This document shows, piece after piece, positions 29,328 to 39,410 of a stretch of DNA of 60,277 bases. The DNA comes from Caldisericaceae bacterium (GTDB lineage Bacteria > Caldisericota > Caldisericia > Caldisericales > Caldisericaceae): positions 1-60,277 of the forward strand of contig JBMFRX010000008.1 in NCBI GenBank assembly GCA_049967855.1, given 5' to 3'. How positions within the stretch are numbered: the first letter of the stretch is position 1; each line of letters starts with the position of its first letter. The notes beneath the pieces are model-generated. The model saw only the letters and a program-made list of their open reading frames with translations, searched no databases and had not been told where the DNA came from. The position numbers and the translations under genes were made by a program.

Positions 29328-30864
29328 CGTTTTAGAAAAACTTGTTGAGGATTTCTTTGAGGAATATTATTACAGATTCCCTGAAGAAGCTCAAGAAAGA
29401 GGAATTCACAGATACGGATACAAACTCGTAAGCCTCAGGCGTTTTGAAATTTCCCAATGGAAAATTATCATTCAAGAATTCCTGAACGAAACCGACAAGC
29501 TTAAATCAAGAAAAAACAATGACAAAAGCACTGACTTAGCAACACTTGAAAGCATAGCAAAGAGAGAGCTCGACTGGATATCAAAAGATGAAGAATACAA
29601 AAACAATCCTATGCTCTATGCAAGCAAACTTTTCAGCGGGCTTGTTTACCCAGCATTTGGCTCATACTCTTCAATCAGCATAAGAAGCAGGAATTTTTCA
29701 AGCAGGATTGACGACATAAAAAATGTTGTTGCAGCTGCAACCGAAAATTTGAAGTCATCAAACTCCACGCAAAAAGGTCTTTCAATTAAGTACATTGATT
29801 ATTTGCACGAATTCATAGAACACTTTTCAAACTTCCTGCTTGGGAAAAGCGACACTGAAAAGAAAGACGAGATAAAGATAAACAAAGCATCTGCATTAGA
29901 AGAACTTGACAAATTCAAAAAACTCTGCGAAACCCTTCCAGAGGAAAATAGTGTCTGGAAATTAGAACCAGTTCTAAGGAGAAAATCTCTTGATGAATTT
30001 CCTTTCGATGATTTAGAAAGCGTTCTTAGTGAATCACTTGGAATATTAAAGGATAAAATAGTTAAGAAATCGAGAGAAATAAAAATTTCAGCTCCTTATC
30101 TTGAAACACTTTCAGGAGTAATAAACGCAAAACAGGAAATTAGCGAGCAAAAAATAGTTGAACTTGTTAACACAATTAAGAACAAGGGTCAAAACATTTT
30201 CGGGCATTCAAACATATCGGTTGACATAAGAACGATGCCAGAAAAGATAGAAGACCTCACTCAATCTATATGGAATTATAAGCACTTTCAGATGCTCCCT
30301 GCAGGCGAATTTGATATTAGACCAATTGCAACAATACTTCTTCCGCCTCAAGACAATGTGAATTTGTTGATCTTAAACATCGTAAGAAACATTTACCCTG
30401 GCGTTGGCTATATGAAAGAAGTAAAATCAAAGAGAGTAAAGGGATACAGAAAGAATTTCCAGAATCACTACTTTAAAGAAGGATGGAAGCTTTACGTGCT
30501 TAAAGAAATGACAGGAGAATTAAGAAAGGTTTTTGGAAATGAATTTGAATTGCTTTCGATGTACTATGAATACAAGTCATTGCTAATGGCTTATTTAGAA
30601 AATGGCATTTTTAGAAACAATATGGATTTGGAGACTCTCAAAAGCCTGGTTGCACAGAATGAGCTTGTTTTCGATAAAGAAGCTTTTGTAAGCTCTCTTG
30701 CCGAGGACAACGGCAAGGCACTTGCAGGCTTTGTTGGTTTTAACTTCATCAATGGACTGAAGAAATCTCTGTCAAGAAAATATAAACCAATTGAGTTAAA
30801 CGAAAGAATCATTGCAAATGGCTCTGTTTTTTCTTTTGCCATCGCCAGGAGGATGATCCAGTGA
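29314..30864 (+). CDS. DUF885-like protein with a degenerate metallopeptidase site
   Basis: N-terminal FPEEAQERGIHRY, RNIYPGV at the HE..PGH position, FKEGWKLY; start moved to ATG 29314. Confidence 0.65.
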   Translation: MKTDNVLEKLVEDFFEEYYYRFPEEAQERGIHRYGYKLVSLRRFEISQWKIIIQEFLNETDKLKSRKNNDKSTDLATLESIAKRELDWISKDEEYKNNPMLYASKLFSGLVYPAFGSYSSISIRSRNFSSRIDDIKNVVAAATENLKSSNSTQKGLSIKYIDYLHEFIEHFSNFLLGKSDTEKKDEIKINKASALEELDKFKKLCETLPEENSVWKLEPVLRRKSLDEFPFDDLESVLSESLGILKDKIVKKSREIKISAPYLETLSGVINAKQEISEQKIVELVNTIKNKGQNIFGHSNISVDIRTMPEKIEDLTQSIWNYKHFQMLPAGEFDIRPIATILLPPQDNVNLLILNIVRNIYPGVGYMKEVKSKRVKGYRKNFQNHYFKEGWKLYVLKEMTGELRKVFGNEFELLSMYYEYKSLLMAYLENGIFRNNMDLETLKSLVAQNELVFDKEAFVSSLAEDNGKALAGFVGFNFINGLKKSLSRKYKPIELNERIIANGSVFSFAIARRMIQ

Positions 30865-31496
30865 ATTCACCAAAATTCATAGTGGCAATTGCAGGCAATA
30901 TTGGGTCAGGAAAATCGACAATTTCAAAATATCTTTCCGAACATTGGGGTTTTGACATACTCCCAGAGCCTGAAGATAAAAATCCTTTTATCAAGAAATT
31001 CTACAAAGACCCTCAGAGATGGGCGTTCCAGTCGCAAATGTTTTTCCTGACAGAAAGGGCTAATATGCAACTGAGGGCAGAAAGAACAGCTATGAACCTT
31101 ATCATTGATAGAACTATCTATGAAGATGCCGAGATCTTTGCTCATCTTGTTCTGGAAAAAAACGAATACAAAATATACCGTAAGATATACGAGCAGTACC
31201 TCAACATAATAACTCCTCCCAACTTTATAATCTACTTAAAAACCTCTGTAGATACTTTAATGGAACGGATAAAGATCAGAGGACGAGGATATGAGAGAAA
31301 CATAAAAAGGGCATACATAAAAAGATTGAACGACCGTTACTCTGAATGGATTGCTGAATTTAAGACAACACCTGTTCTAACAATCGATACTGACAAATAC
31401 GAAATTTACAGTTTGTTTGGCGATATAGAAGAAGTGAGAACCCAAATAGAAACCTTCTTCTGGAAAAACAAGAGAAATTATGGTACAGGAGAATAG
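30861..31496 (+). CDS. Deoxynucleoside kinase
   Basis: GNIGSGKST, FY.DPQRWAFQSQMFFL..R, DRTIYED, RGRGYE. Confidence 0.92.
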   Translation: MNSPKFIVAIAGNIGSGKSTISKYLSEHWGFDILPEPEDKNPFIKKFYKDPQRWAFQSQMFFLTERANMQLRAERTAMNLIIDRTIYEDAEIFAHLVLEKNEYKIYRKIYEQYLNIITPPNFIIYLKTSVDTLMERIKIRGRGYERNIKRAYIKRLNDRYSEWIAEFKTTPVLTIDTDKYEIYSLFGDIEEVRTQIETFFWKNKRNYGTGE

Positions 31497-32973
31497 TCTG
31501 GAACAATTAGAGTTTGACAAGCAAGCTTTCTTAGCAGTTCTTCCTGAGGAGATAGCAAAAGCTATTGAGGAAACGAACAATTTTCAGGATTTGATAGAGG
31601 TTGTGCTCGACCTGGGGCGCAGACCCGAAGCACGCTTCTCGAACAAAACTATCTACCTTAGAGAAAGCCCTGTAACAAAAAAAGAAATAGAAAGTGTCAT
31701 TGGGAAAGTTGGCTCTTTTGATAGAGACAACAGGGCTGGCATAGAAAAAACCCTTCACAGGATATCAGGAATCTTCAACAGAAGAGGTGAAGTAATCGGG
31801 CTCACTTGTAGAGTAGGGAGAGCCATATACGGAACCATTGACTCAATAAGAGATATCATCGAGGGGGAAAAAAGTATTTTGCTTTTGGGTAAGCCAGGTG
31901 TAGGGAAGACAACTCTTCTCAGGGAAGCTGCCCGCGTCCTGAGTGATGAAATGGGAAAGCGTGTCATTGTGGTGGACACATCAAATGAAATAGGCGGCGA
32001 CGGCGATATACCTCACCCTGGCATAGGGAGCTCAAGAAGAATGCAGGTACCTTTTGGCAGAGCTCAGGAAGACGTAATGATTGAAGCAGTTGAGAACCAT
32101 TTTCCTGAAGTAATAATAATTGACGAAATCGGGAGGACTGAAGAAGCAAAGGCATGCAGGACAATAGCAGAGAGAGGAGTTCGGCTCATAGCAACAGCTC
32201 ACGGAATAAGCATAGAAAACCTGATGGTAAACCCCACACTTCAAGACCTGATAGGAGGTATTGCACCTGTTACCTTGAGTGATGAGGAAGCAATTAGAAG
32301 AGGAACTCAAAAGACAATACTCGAAAGAGAATCCCCGCCAACTTTCGACGTACTTATAGAGATAAGAGAAAGAGGAGTGTATGCAATATACAATGACGTT
32401 TCCGAGACAATTGATTCTCTTCTTAGAGGTTTTCCAGTGAATGCGGAGGTAAGAACTTCAGGAAAAGAAGCTACCTATCAAAGGGAAACTGTCACAGAGA
32501 CCGAAGAAATAATTGGCAAAACAAAGATATTTCCAATAGGAATCAATTCAAGTTATCTCGAAAGAGCAATAAATTCCACAAGAGCACAAGTTGAAGTCGT
32601 TAAAGACCTCGGGAACGCTGACTTGATTCTCGCAGATAAGAGAGTATTAAGGAAGAAAGAAGAACTTCTCGACTTTGCAAATCGTATGGCAATTAAAGTT
32701 GAAATACTCGACAAACCTTCTCTGAACGACCTGAAAAACTATGTGAAGAGAATCAGAAACAAGCATTTTGTAAGGGTGAACATTGACTTTGAGAAACTTG
32801 AAGAAATAATAAGAGAAGTTATACAGACTGGGACATCAAAAGAACTACCTCCAGACGAAGATGCAGTGCTAGAAGAAGAAAGAAATATCGTTGCAAAATT
32901 CGGGCTTTCCAGTGAAACAATAGGCATAAACCCAAACAGGAGACTGGTAATACACCCAAGGAAACCAAAATGA
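31480..32973 (+). CDS. Ycf45/SpoIIIAA-like AAA ATPase with a degenerate C-terminal R3H-like domain
   Basis: DLGRRPEAR, TLHRIS, GKPGVGKTT, DTSNEIGGDGDIPH, IDEIG, ATAHG. Confidence 0.88.
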   Translation: MVQENSLEQLEFDKQAFLAVLPEEIAKAIEETNNFQDLIEVVLDLGRRPEARFSNKTIYLRESPVTKKEIESVIGKVGSFDRDNRAGIEKTLHRISGIFNRRGEVIGLTCRVGRAIYGTIDSIRDIIEGEKSILLLGKPGVGKTTLLREAARVLSDEMGKRVIVVDTSNEIGGDGDIPHPGIGSSRRMQVPFGRAQEDVMIEAVENHFPEVIIIDEIGRTEEAKACRTIAERGVRLIATAHGISIENLMVNPTLQDLIGGIAPVTLSDEEAIRRGTQKTILERESPPTFDVLIEIRERGVYAIYNDVSETIDSLLRGFPVNAEVRTSGKEATYQRETVTETEEIIGKTKIFPIGINSSYLERAINSTRAQVEVVKDLGNADLILADKRVLRKKEELLDFANRMAIKVEILDKPSLNDLKNYVKRIRNKHFVRVNIDFEKLEEIIREVIQTGTSKELPPDEDAVLEEERNIVAKFGLSSETIGINPNRRLVIHPRKPK

Positions 32974-33599
32974 GAGAGATGTTCATAACAATTGAAGGGA
33001 TAGATGGCTGCGGCAAATCTACCCAAGCGGTCCTGCTAAAGAAGGCTGTTGAAGAAACAGGCGTTAAAGTTCTCCTGACGAGAGAGCCAGGTGGTTCATC
33101 CATCGGAGAGCTTATAAGAAATGCCCTCCTCACAAAAGTGATGTCCAACACTACTGAGTTCCTGCTTTTTGCTGCCGATAGGAATGAACATATTGAAGGG
33201 TTAATCCTGCCAGCCCTTCAAAGTGGAACAATAGTAATATCAGACAGATTCACTGATTCTTCTGTCGCCTACCAGGGTTACGGAAGAGGCGTTGACATAG
33301 ATTTTATAAAAAGCGTGCATAATTTTATCACAAAAGGCCTTTATCCAGACCTTACAATACTGATAGATGTTCCTCCAGAAATAAGCTTTGAAAGAAGGAA
33401 AGTTACATCCCTTGATAGAATTGAGAAAGAAGGAGTGAGCTTTCTTAAGACCGTTAGAGACGGTTATATTAAAATAGCCAGCGAAGAAAAGGAAAGATTT
33501 GCAATTGTTGACGGAAGAGAAAGCCTGAATATTGTTTCTGAGAGAATCTTCCGTATATTCGTAGAGCGGAGGGAAAAATGGAAAAACAGAAAAAGTTAG
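32970..33599 (+). CDS. tmk: Thymidylate kinase
   Basis: EGIDGCGKSTQ, TREPGG, DRFTDSSVAYQG. Confidence 0.96.
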   Translation: MREMFITIEGIDGCGKSTQAVLLKKAVEETGVKVLLTREPGGSSIGELIRNALLTKVMSNTTEFLLFAADRNEHIEGLILPALQSGTIVISDRFTDSSVAYQGYGRGVDIDFIKSVHNFITKGLYPDLTILIDVPPEISFERRKVTSLDRIEKEGVSFLKTVRDGYIKIASEEKERFAIVDGRESLNIVSERIFRIFVERREKWKNRKS

Positions 33600-34528
33600 T
33601 CTTGACGACTCTAATAATCATTCTGATAATTGCGTTTGCTGTCATAGGCTTTTTCTTTGTCAAAGCATTTACCACAGAGGCAGGGCAACTGTCAATAGAC
33701 TCGTATCCAAGAGGCAGTGATGTCTACATTAACGGCGAGCTGAAAGGTAAAACTCCTATAACTCTGTCGAACTTGAAGTTAGGACAGTACGAGGTTGACG
33801 TTAAAGCCGAGGGTTACAAAGAGGTAATAAAAATAGTAACGCTTGATAAAAGTGACCCAGTACAGGTTGTATACGCACCCCTCGAACACCTAACTTTTAC
33901 TCTTGAAATTACTTCTTATCCAACCGAAGCTCTCGTTTACGTAGATGGAGTCAAAAAGGGCGTGACTCCTCTCACAATTGATGACTTGCTTTTGGGCAAT
34001 CACTTTGTTGAAGTAAAATTGCCAAACTTCTCAGTCTGGTCTCAGCAGATTACCGCCGAAGCCGACAAAACAATTCAGCTCTATGCAGAATTGCACCCAT
34101 CTTCTGCTTCAATATCCATAACCTCTGTCCCAGATGGAGCAGATGTCTATATAAACAGCCAGAAGAGCGGGATAACTCCATTTAATCTCGACAATGTAAA
34201 TCCTGGCACATACAACATTTTGGTGGCAAAAGATGGCTACGCTCCTTATACAGAATCAGTTACAATCGCCAAAGGAGACCAAATCGAAAGAAACCTTATT
34301 TTGCAGAAAGCAAACACATTTATAATGGTTACAAGCACACCTGCAGGATGCAACGTATATCTGAATGATACTTTAAAAGGAACAACTCCTTATTCTGAAG
34401 CCAATTTACCGCCAGGAACATATTCCCTAAGATTGGAGGCAGACGGATACCTGCCGTTTTCAACATCAATCCAGATAGAACAGGGCAAATCAAGAGAATA
34501 CGATTTTACACTTGTAAAGCTTCCATAA
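33578..34528 (+). CDS. Membrane-anchored PEGA-domain protein (four repeats)
   Basis: N-terminal TM, then four I.S.P.G..VY.(N/D)...G.TP units. Confidence 0.9.
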   Translation: MEKQKKLVLTTLIIILIIAFAVIGFFFVKAFTTEAGQLSIDSYPRGSDVYINGELKGKTPITLSNLKLGQYEVDVKAEGYKEVIKIVTLDKSDPVQVVYAPLEHLTFTLEITSYPTEALVYVDGVKKGVTPLTIDDLLLGNHFVEVKLPNFSVWSQQITAEADKTIQLYAELHPSSASISITSVPDGADVYINSQKSGITPFNLDNVNPGTYNILVAKDGYAPYTESVTIAKGDQIERNLILQKANTFIMVTSTPAGCNVYLNDTLKGTTPYSEANLPPGTYSLRLEADGYLPFSTSIQIEQGKSREYDFTLVKLP

Positions 34529-34539
34529 TCTGGTAAAAT
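34512..34539 (+). promoter_or_regulatory. Promoter of the SRP RNA gene
   Basis: TTGTAA, 16 nt, extended -10 TGgTAAAAT just upstream of the RNA 5' end. Confidence 0.65.
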
Positions 34540-34542
34540 ATA

Positions 34543-34817
34543 TTGGCCATGCTAAAGTGGGGAGACAGCAGTGCCCTGTAACCTGGAACCTGCTACACCA
34601 GGGCTGACAAGTTGAACTAGGCTTCAAGCTTTAAGTGACGTTGGCCTTGCAAAGGCTGTGAAGGCAGGACCCTTCACGATAGAGAGCTCTAAAATCCGCC
34701 AGGTCTGGAAGGAAGCAACGGTAAGGAGATTCTCTAAGCGGTGAAGGAAAATCTTGCTGGAGCCTGGAGAGTGTCGTACTGCTTGGAACTTGCTGTCAAA
34801 TTCAACAGCATGGCCAA
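34543..34817 (+). ncRNA. ffs: Large (Alu-domain, Bacillus-type) signal recognition particle RNA
   Basis: Terminal pairing ttggccatgct/agcatggccaa; Alu-like GGGGAG..GC.GTGCCCTGTAACC..CAGGG; helix 8 CAGGTCTGGAAGGAAGCA. Confidence 0.92.
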
Positions 34818-35678
34818 TTAGATTGAAATATGAAAAACGCTTCTTGCAATTAAGCCTGCAAGAAATGAAATTGCACTGACTCCCGCAACAATCAGAATCA
34901 TCTCAAGAAAAATCCTCGTGAAAGTTCTATCTTGAACAACAGACGAATACTCAGAGAAAATTGCTATTATAAAAACTCCTGCAAATATTGAAGCGGAAAA
35001 TGCAACGTAGAAATTTGACAGAAGAAAAAACGGTAAAACGAGCATTATTACAGCGCCAAGATATGCAAAGAAAGTATACATTGATGCCTTAAGGGGAGGT
35101 TTTCCTTCAGTGTCGGATTTTTCGGAAAGATAAGAAGAAGCCGCCATAGAAAGTGATGCAGCAATACCTGTAATTGCACCAGCTACGCCTATGGTCTTGG
35201 AATTCTGCAGGGCAAAAGTCAATCCAGCAAGTGTCCCTGTTATCTCAACAAGAGCGTCATTAAGCCCAAGAACCACTGAACTTACATAAGCAACACGCTC
35301 TTCTTTAATCAAATTGACGAGCAGGTTCTCGTGCACCTCTTCGTCAAGCAGTATCTGATGAGACTTTGGAAAATCCCTTTCAAGATTCTGGTATGTTGTC
35401 TCTGCAACCTTCTCCCCTTTTTCCATAAGTTTCGCTGTAAATGTGACCCCAAATATCAAAGACAAAAGCGTAAACTTGAGAATCCTCATTTTATCCTCAG
35501 ATACGTCAATGCCAGTATAGCTTTTCCACTCGTTATAGTGCCTCAACTCATCATTGGAAATTCTGTTTATTATTTCCCTGTTTTTCCCTTTTGCTCTTCT
35601 TGCAAGCATTTGATATATAATGTGCTCGGTTATTTCGTTTTTCTGAAATGTAAGCGCTTTTTCTCTGCTATTCTCCAT
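34818..35678 (-). CDS. Rubrerythrin-like + VIT1/CCC1 membrane protein (iron-export type)
   Basis: EITEH, DELRH and DEEVH di-iron-like motifs; VLGLNDALVE and SLSMAASSYLS VIT1 motifs. Confidence 0.88.
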   Translation of the reverse strand: MENSREKALTFQKNEITEHIIYQMLARRAKGKNREIINRISNDELRHYNEWKSYTGIDVSEDKMRILKFTLLSLIFGVTFTAKLMEKGEKVAETTYQNLERDFPKSHQILLDEEVHENLLVNLIKEERVAYVSSVVLGLNDALVEITGTLAGLTFALQNSKTIGVAGAITGIAASLSMAASSYLSEKSDTEGKPPLKASMYTFFAYLGAVIMLVLPFFLLSNFYVAFSASIFAGVFIIAIFSEYSSVVQDRTFTRIFLEMILIVAGVSAISFLAGLIARSVFHISI

Positions 35679-35844
35679 ATATAACCTCCAAATACAATTA
35701 TAACATTGTTTCCAAATTTGTTGTTACTTATTGAAGCTTCCAAGACCAAAAGCAAAACTCTTTTACTCTTTTCTTAGTTGATTTTTAAATTAAAAAATGG
35801 TAAAATTCTATAATGAATTTGTAAGCACTTTTAAGGAGACGAAA

Positions 35845-37101
35845 ATGGATGCAATAAAAAGCGTAAAGGGATTCAAGGATATAGTAGGATTCGATGCAGA
35901 GATTTTTTCTTTTGTTGAGAAAGTTCTTTCAGAAACTGCATCCTCTTACGGCTACAACAAAATTATACTCCCAATAGTTGAGCACACAGAGTTATTTGCT
36001 CGGTCTGTGGGAGAAGAAACGGATATAGTAGAAAAAGAAATGTATACGTTCAGCGATAAAAGTGGCAGAAGCCTTACCTTGAGACCCGAGATGACGGCTT
36101 CAGCAGCAAGAAGCTATATTGAAAATCACTTTGAAACTTTTCCTTCACCTTTCAAAGTCTCTTATTTTGGTCCTTGCTTCCGCTACGAAAACCCTCAAAA
36201 AGGAAGATATCGCGAATTTTACCAATTTGGAGTGGAGGCCTTTGGGGATGATTCACCTGTTCTCGATGCAGAGGTTATTTCAATTGCATTTGAAGCATTG
36301 AGCAAGCTAAATATAAAGGGTCTTAAAGTAAAGGTTAACTCAATTGGATGCAAAAAATGCAGGCCTAATTACAGAAAAGCCCTTGTAGACGCCTTGAAGC
36401 CACATTACGACGAACTGTGCGAAGACTGCAAGAGAAGATTTGAAACAAACCCAATGAGGATACTCGATTGCAAAAAAGAGAGCAAAGAGCTTAAGGACTC
36501 TCTCCCTAAGACTATTGATTACCTGTGTGACGACTGCAAAGAGCATTTCGAAGCACTGAAAAACCATCTATCACAAATGGGAATTCCTTATGAAATTGAT
36601 AATACTCTTGTTAGAGGGTTGGATTATTACACAAGAACTGTTTTTGAAGTAATCTCCGAAGACCTTGGAGCTCAAAATGCTTTGCTTGGCGGAGGAAGGT
36701 ACGACTACCTGATTGAGGAACTTGGAGGAAGGCCTACTCCTGGCGTTGGCTTTGCAATAGGCGTAGAGAGACTACTCGAGGTTATGAAGACTCAGGGTTT
36801 TAAGATTGAAAATAAAACTTTAGCTTACATCGCTTACCAGAAGATGTCTCTTGGAGTTTCTTTAGAAGTCGCCAAGGCTCTAAGAGATGAAGGCTTTGTT
36901 GTGCTTGTGGACACTAAAGGTGGCAACATAAGAAACCAAATCGAAAGAAGCGCCAAAAGAAATGCGAGCTTTACAATCATAATAGGAGAGAGCGAAATGC
37001 TCAATAATACAGTCCAAATCAAGAATATGTCTACGAAAGAGCAAAGAGAAGTTCCGATAAATAACCTGATTAAGGTTTTAGGAGAGTGGCAAAATGCTTA
37101 A
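35845..37101 (+). CDS. hisS: Histidine--tRNA ligase
   Basis: LRPEMTA, FRYENPQKGRYREFYQ, LVRGLDYY, GGGRYD, FAIGVER; start at ATG 35845 behind AAGGAG. Confidence 0.97.
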   Translation: MDAIKSVKGFKDIVGFDAEIFSFVEKVLSETASSYGYNKIILPIVEHTELFARSVGEETDIVEKEMYTFSDKSGRSLTLRPEMTASAARSYIENHFETFPSPFKVSYFGPCFRYENPQKGRYREFYQFGVEAFGDDSPVLDAEVISIAFEALSKLNIKGLKVKVNSIGCKKCRPNYRKALVDALKPHYDELCEDCKRRFETNPMRILDCKKESKELKDSLPKTIDYLCDDCKEHFEALKNHLSQMGIPYEIDNTLVRGLDYYTRTVFEVISEDLGAQNALLGGGRYDYLIEELGGRPTPGVGFAIGVERLLEVMKTQGFKIENKTLAYIAYQKMSLGVSLEVAKALRDEGFVVLVDTKGGNIRNQIERSAKRNASFTIIIGESEMLNNTVQIKNMSTKEQREVPINNLIKVLGEWQNA

Positions 37102-38860
37102 GAGAACGGCTAATTGCGGAGATATACGTGAAGAGCATTCAGGAAACAAAGTTATCATAAACGGCTGGTTGCACAAGAAAAGAAATTTGGGAGGATTGGT
37201 TTTTGCTGACATCAGAGACCGCTCAGGCATTGTCCAGGTGGTTTTTGATCCCAACGTAATCGACAAAAATGTTTTTGATAATATTCAGTCAGTAAAACTT
37301 GAATCTGTTGTAGCAATACAGGGTACTGTAAGAAGAAGATTATCCGAAAACGCAAACCTTGCCACAGGGAAAGTAGAGATTGTTGCAGAGACTTTTGAAC
37401 TACTTTCTCCTGCCGATGACCTCCCTTTCAATCCTTTTTCAGGACAGGATGTAGATGAAAACGTACGCCTCAAGTACAGATACCTTGATATGAGAAATCC
37501 TTCTGTTCGTAACATTCTGGAACTGAGAGCAAAAATCACCCAGGCAGTTAGAAATTTCCTTATAGAAAATGGTTTTATAGAGGTTGAAACTCCGTACCTT
37601 ACAAAGAGCACTCCCGAGGGAGCAAGAGACTTTTTAGTGCCTTCACGAGTTAACAGAGGCCGTTTCTACGCACTGCCCCAGTCTCCACAACTCTTCAAAC
37701 AGATTCTAATGATTGGGGGTTTTGAACGATACTTTCAGATAGCCCGTTGCTTCAGGGACGAAGACCTTCGCATCGACAGGCAACCAGAATTTACACAGAT
37801 AGATATCGAAATGTCTTTTATAGAACAGGAAGACATAATTAATATTATTGAGGAAATGTATGTAAAACTCTTCAAACAAATCCTCAACGTTGAAATAAAG
37901 TCGCCATTCCCTCGTATTACCTACGAGGAGGCAAAGTTGCGGTTTGGGTCAGATAAGCCAGATTTACGTTTCGGAATGGAAATAAAAGACATCACAAAGC
38001 AATTCGAAAACTCGCAGGTTCAAATTATTAAAAATGCCGTCGAAAAAGGCGAGAAATTGCTTGCATTGTTTTTGCCTGGCGGCGCAAATCTCTCCCGCAG
38101 TGAAGTAGATTCTCTCAAAGAAGAGGTAAAGTCAATTGGGCTGGGTGGATTCATCGATGTTAAAATTGTAAACGGTGAACTGAAATCGTCTTTCGTAAAA
38201 CTTATGACCGAGGAAGAGAAACAGTCTCTTCTTTCGCTGGGCAAAGACGATGAACTTGCAATGCTATTCATCGGCGATAAGAAACACTGTTACGACCTTG
38301 TTGGAAGAGCGCGCCTGATGCTTGCAAACAAATTTATGCTGATTCCTAAAAATATGCTTAATTTTCTTTGGGTCGTTGATTTCCCTTTCTTCTCGTATAA
38401 CGAAGAGGAAAAACGTTACGAAGCCGAACATCACCCATTCACAATGCCAAAAACCGAAGACCTTGATAAACTTGAAACCGATAAGGATAATGTCCACGCA
38501 ATTGCTTACGACCTTGTCCTCAACGGCTCAGAACTCGGCGGCGGCAGTATCAGGATTCATAACCCAGAAATACAGAAAAGAGTTTTCAGTGCAATCGGAT
38601 TAAGCGATGATGAAAGTGAGGCTCGTTTTGGATTTTTACTCAAAGCTCTTAAGCTTGGAGCTCCACCTCACGGAGGAATCGCCTTTGGGCTTGATAGGCT
38701 TGTTTGGATTATGTCAAATGCAAACAGCTTAAGAGACGTGATTGCTTTTCCAAAGACAACATCTGGTATATGCCCTTTAACAGATGCGCCATCAACAGTT
38801 TACAGTAAACAACTTGACGAACTGGGAATAAAGGTTGTGAAAAATGGACAGGATGCCTAA
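37094..38860 (+). CDS. aspS: Aspartate--tRNA ligase
   Basis: RLKYRYLD, STPEGARDF, LPQSPQLFKQ, CFRDED, GGGSIRIH, PPHGGIAFGLDR. Confidence 0.97.
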   Translation: MLKRTANCGDIREEHSGNKVIINGWLHKKRNLGGLVFADIRDRSGIVQVVFDPNVIDKNVFDNIQSVKLESVVAIQGTVRRRLSENANLATGKVEIVAETFELLSPADDLPFNPFSGQDVDENVRLKYRYLDMRNPSVRNILELRAKITQAVRNFLIENGFIEVETPYLTKSTPEGARDFLVPSRVNRGRFYALPQSPQLFKQILMIGGFERYFQIARCFRDEDLRIDRQPEFTQIDIEMSFIEQEDIINIIEEMYVKLFKQILNVEIKSPFPRITYEEAKLRFGSDKPDLRFGMEIKDITKQFENSQVQIIKNAVEKGEKLLALFLPGGANLSRSEVDSLKEEVKSIGLGGFIDVKIVNGELKSSFVKLMTEEEKQSLLSLGKDDELAMLFIGDKKHCYDLVGRARLMLANKFMLIPKNMLNFLWVVDFPFFSYNEEEKRYEAEHHPFTMPKTEDLDKLETDKDNVHAIAYDLVLNGSELGGGSIRIHNPEIQKRVFSAIGLSDDESEARFGFLLKALKLGAPPHGGIAFGLDRLVWIMSNANSLRDVIAFPKTTSGICPLTDAPSTVYSKQLDELGIKVVKNGQDA

Positions 38861-39410
38861 AGAATACAAGATTCCCGTTTACATCAATTCAATGACTGTT
38901 GCCTACTTCTGTATATACCTTTTTGTTTTTTACAGGAAGTTCAGCCTCTCTCCTGCCTCTTCAATAGGACTTTCAATAAATGTATATGCTGCGTTCGTAG
39001 TAGTTCTTACGACACTTTTTCTTGCGCTATATCTACGGAAAAAAGAAGCAGGCAGAATTGGCTTGATAGCAATTTATCTTTTACAAATATTGTTCTCTTT
39101 ATGTTTTCTGCTGGCTTTAGCTTTTCTTAAAAACTCTTCGGTTATTATCGCAAATCTACTCAGCATAACTACTTTTGATGTCTATGTTTTAGTCGCAATG
39201 CTTGGCAATTCCAGCACAGGGGCTGTAATATCAATCTTAATTTTCGACGCCTGGTTCCTGATACTGATATACCAACTTTCGAGTAAACAAGTGAGAGAAT
39301 TCATCAAGACACAAACTTACCCGCTCGTAAACACTCAGGTTGCAACTGTTGCATTTGTGATAGCTTATGCCTTATCGCTTGCTGCAGTTTCAGCAATCAT
39401 AAAGTTATGA
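38844..39410 (+). CDS. Hypothetical integral membrane protein
   Basis: About five hydrophobic segments; overlaps the aspS stop. Confidence 0.65.
   Translation: MDRMPKEYKIPVYINSMTVAYFCIYLFVFYRKFSLSPASSIGLSINVYAAFVVVLTTLFLALYLRKKEAGRIGLIAIYLLQILFSLCFLLALAFLKNSSVIIANLLSITTFDVYVLVAMLGNSSTGAVISILIFDAWFLILIYQLSSKQVREFIKTQTYPLVNTQVATVAFVIAYALSLAAVSAIIKL

Noticed and set aside
35679..35844. T-box leader before hisS-aspS
   Set aside because: No T-box consensus (GGTGGnACCGCG) or terminator; promoter-like boxes lie close to the SD
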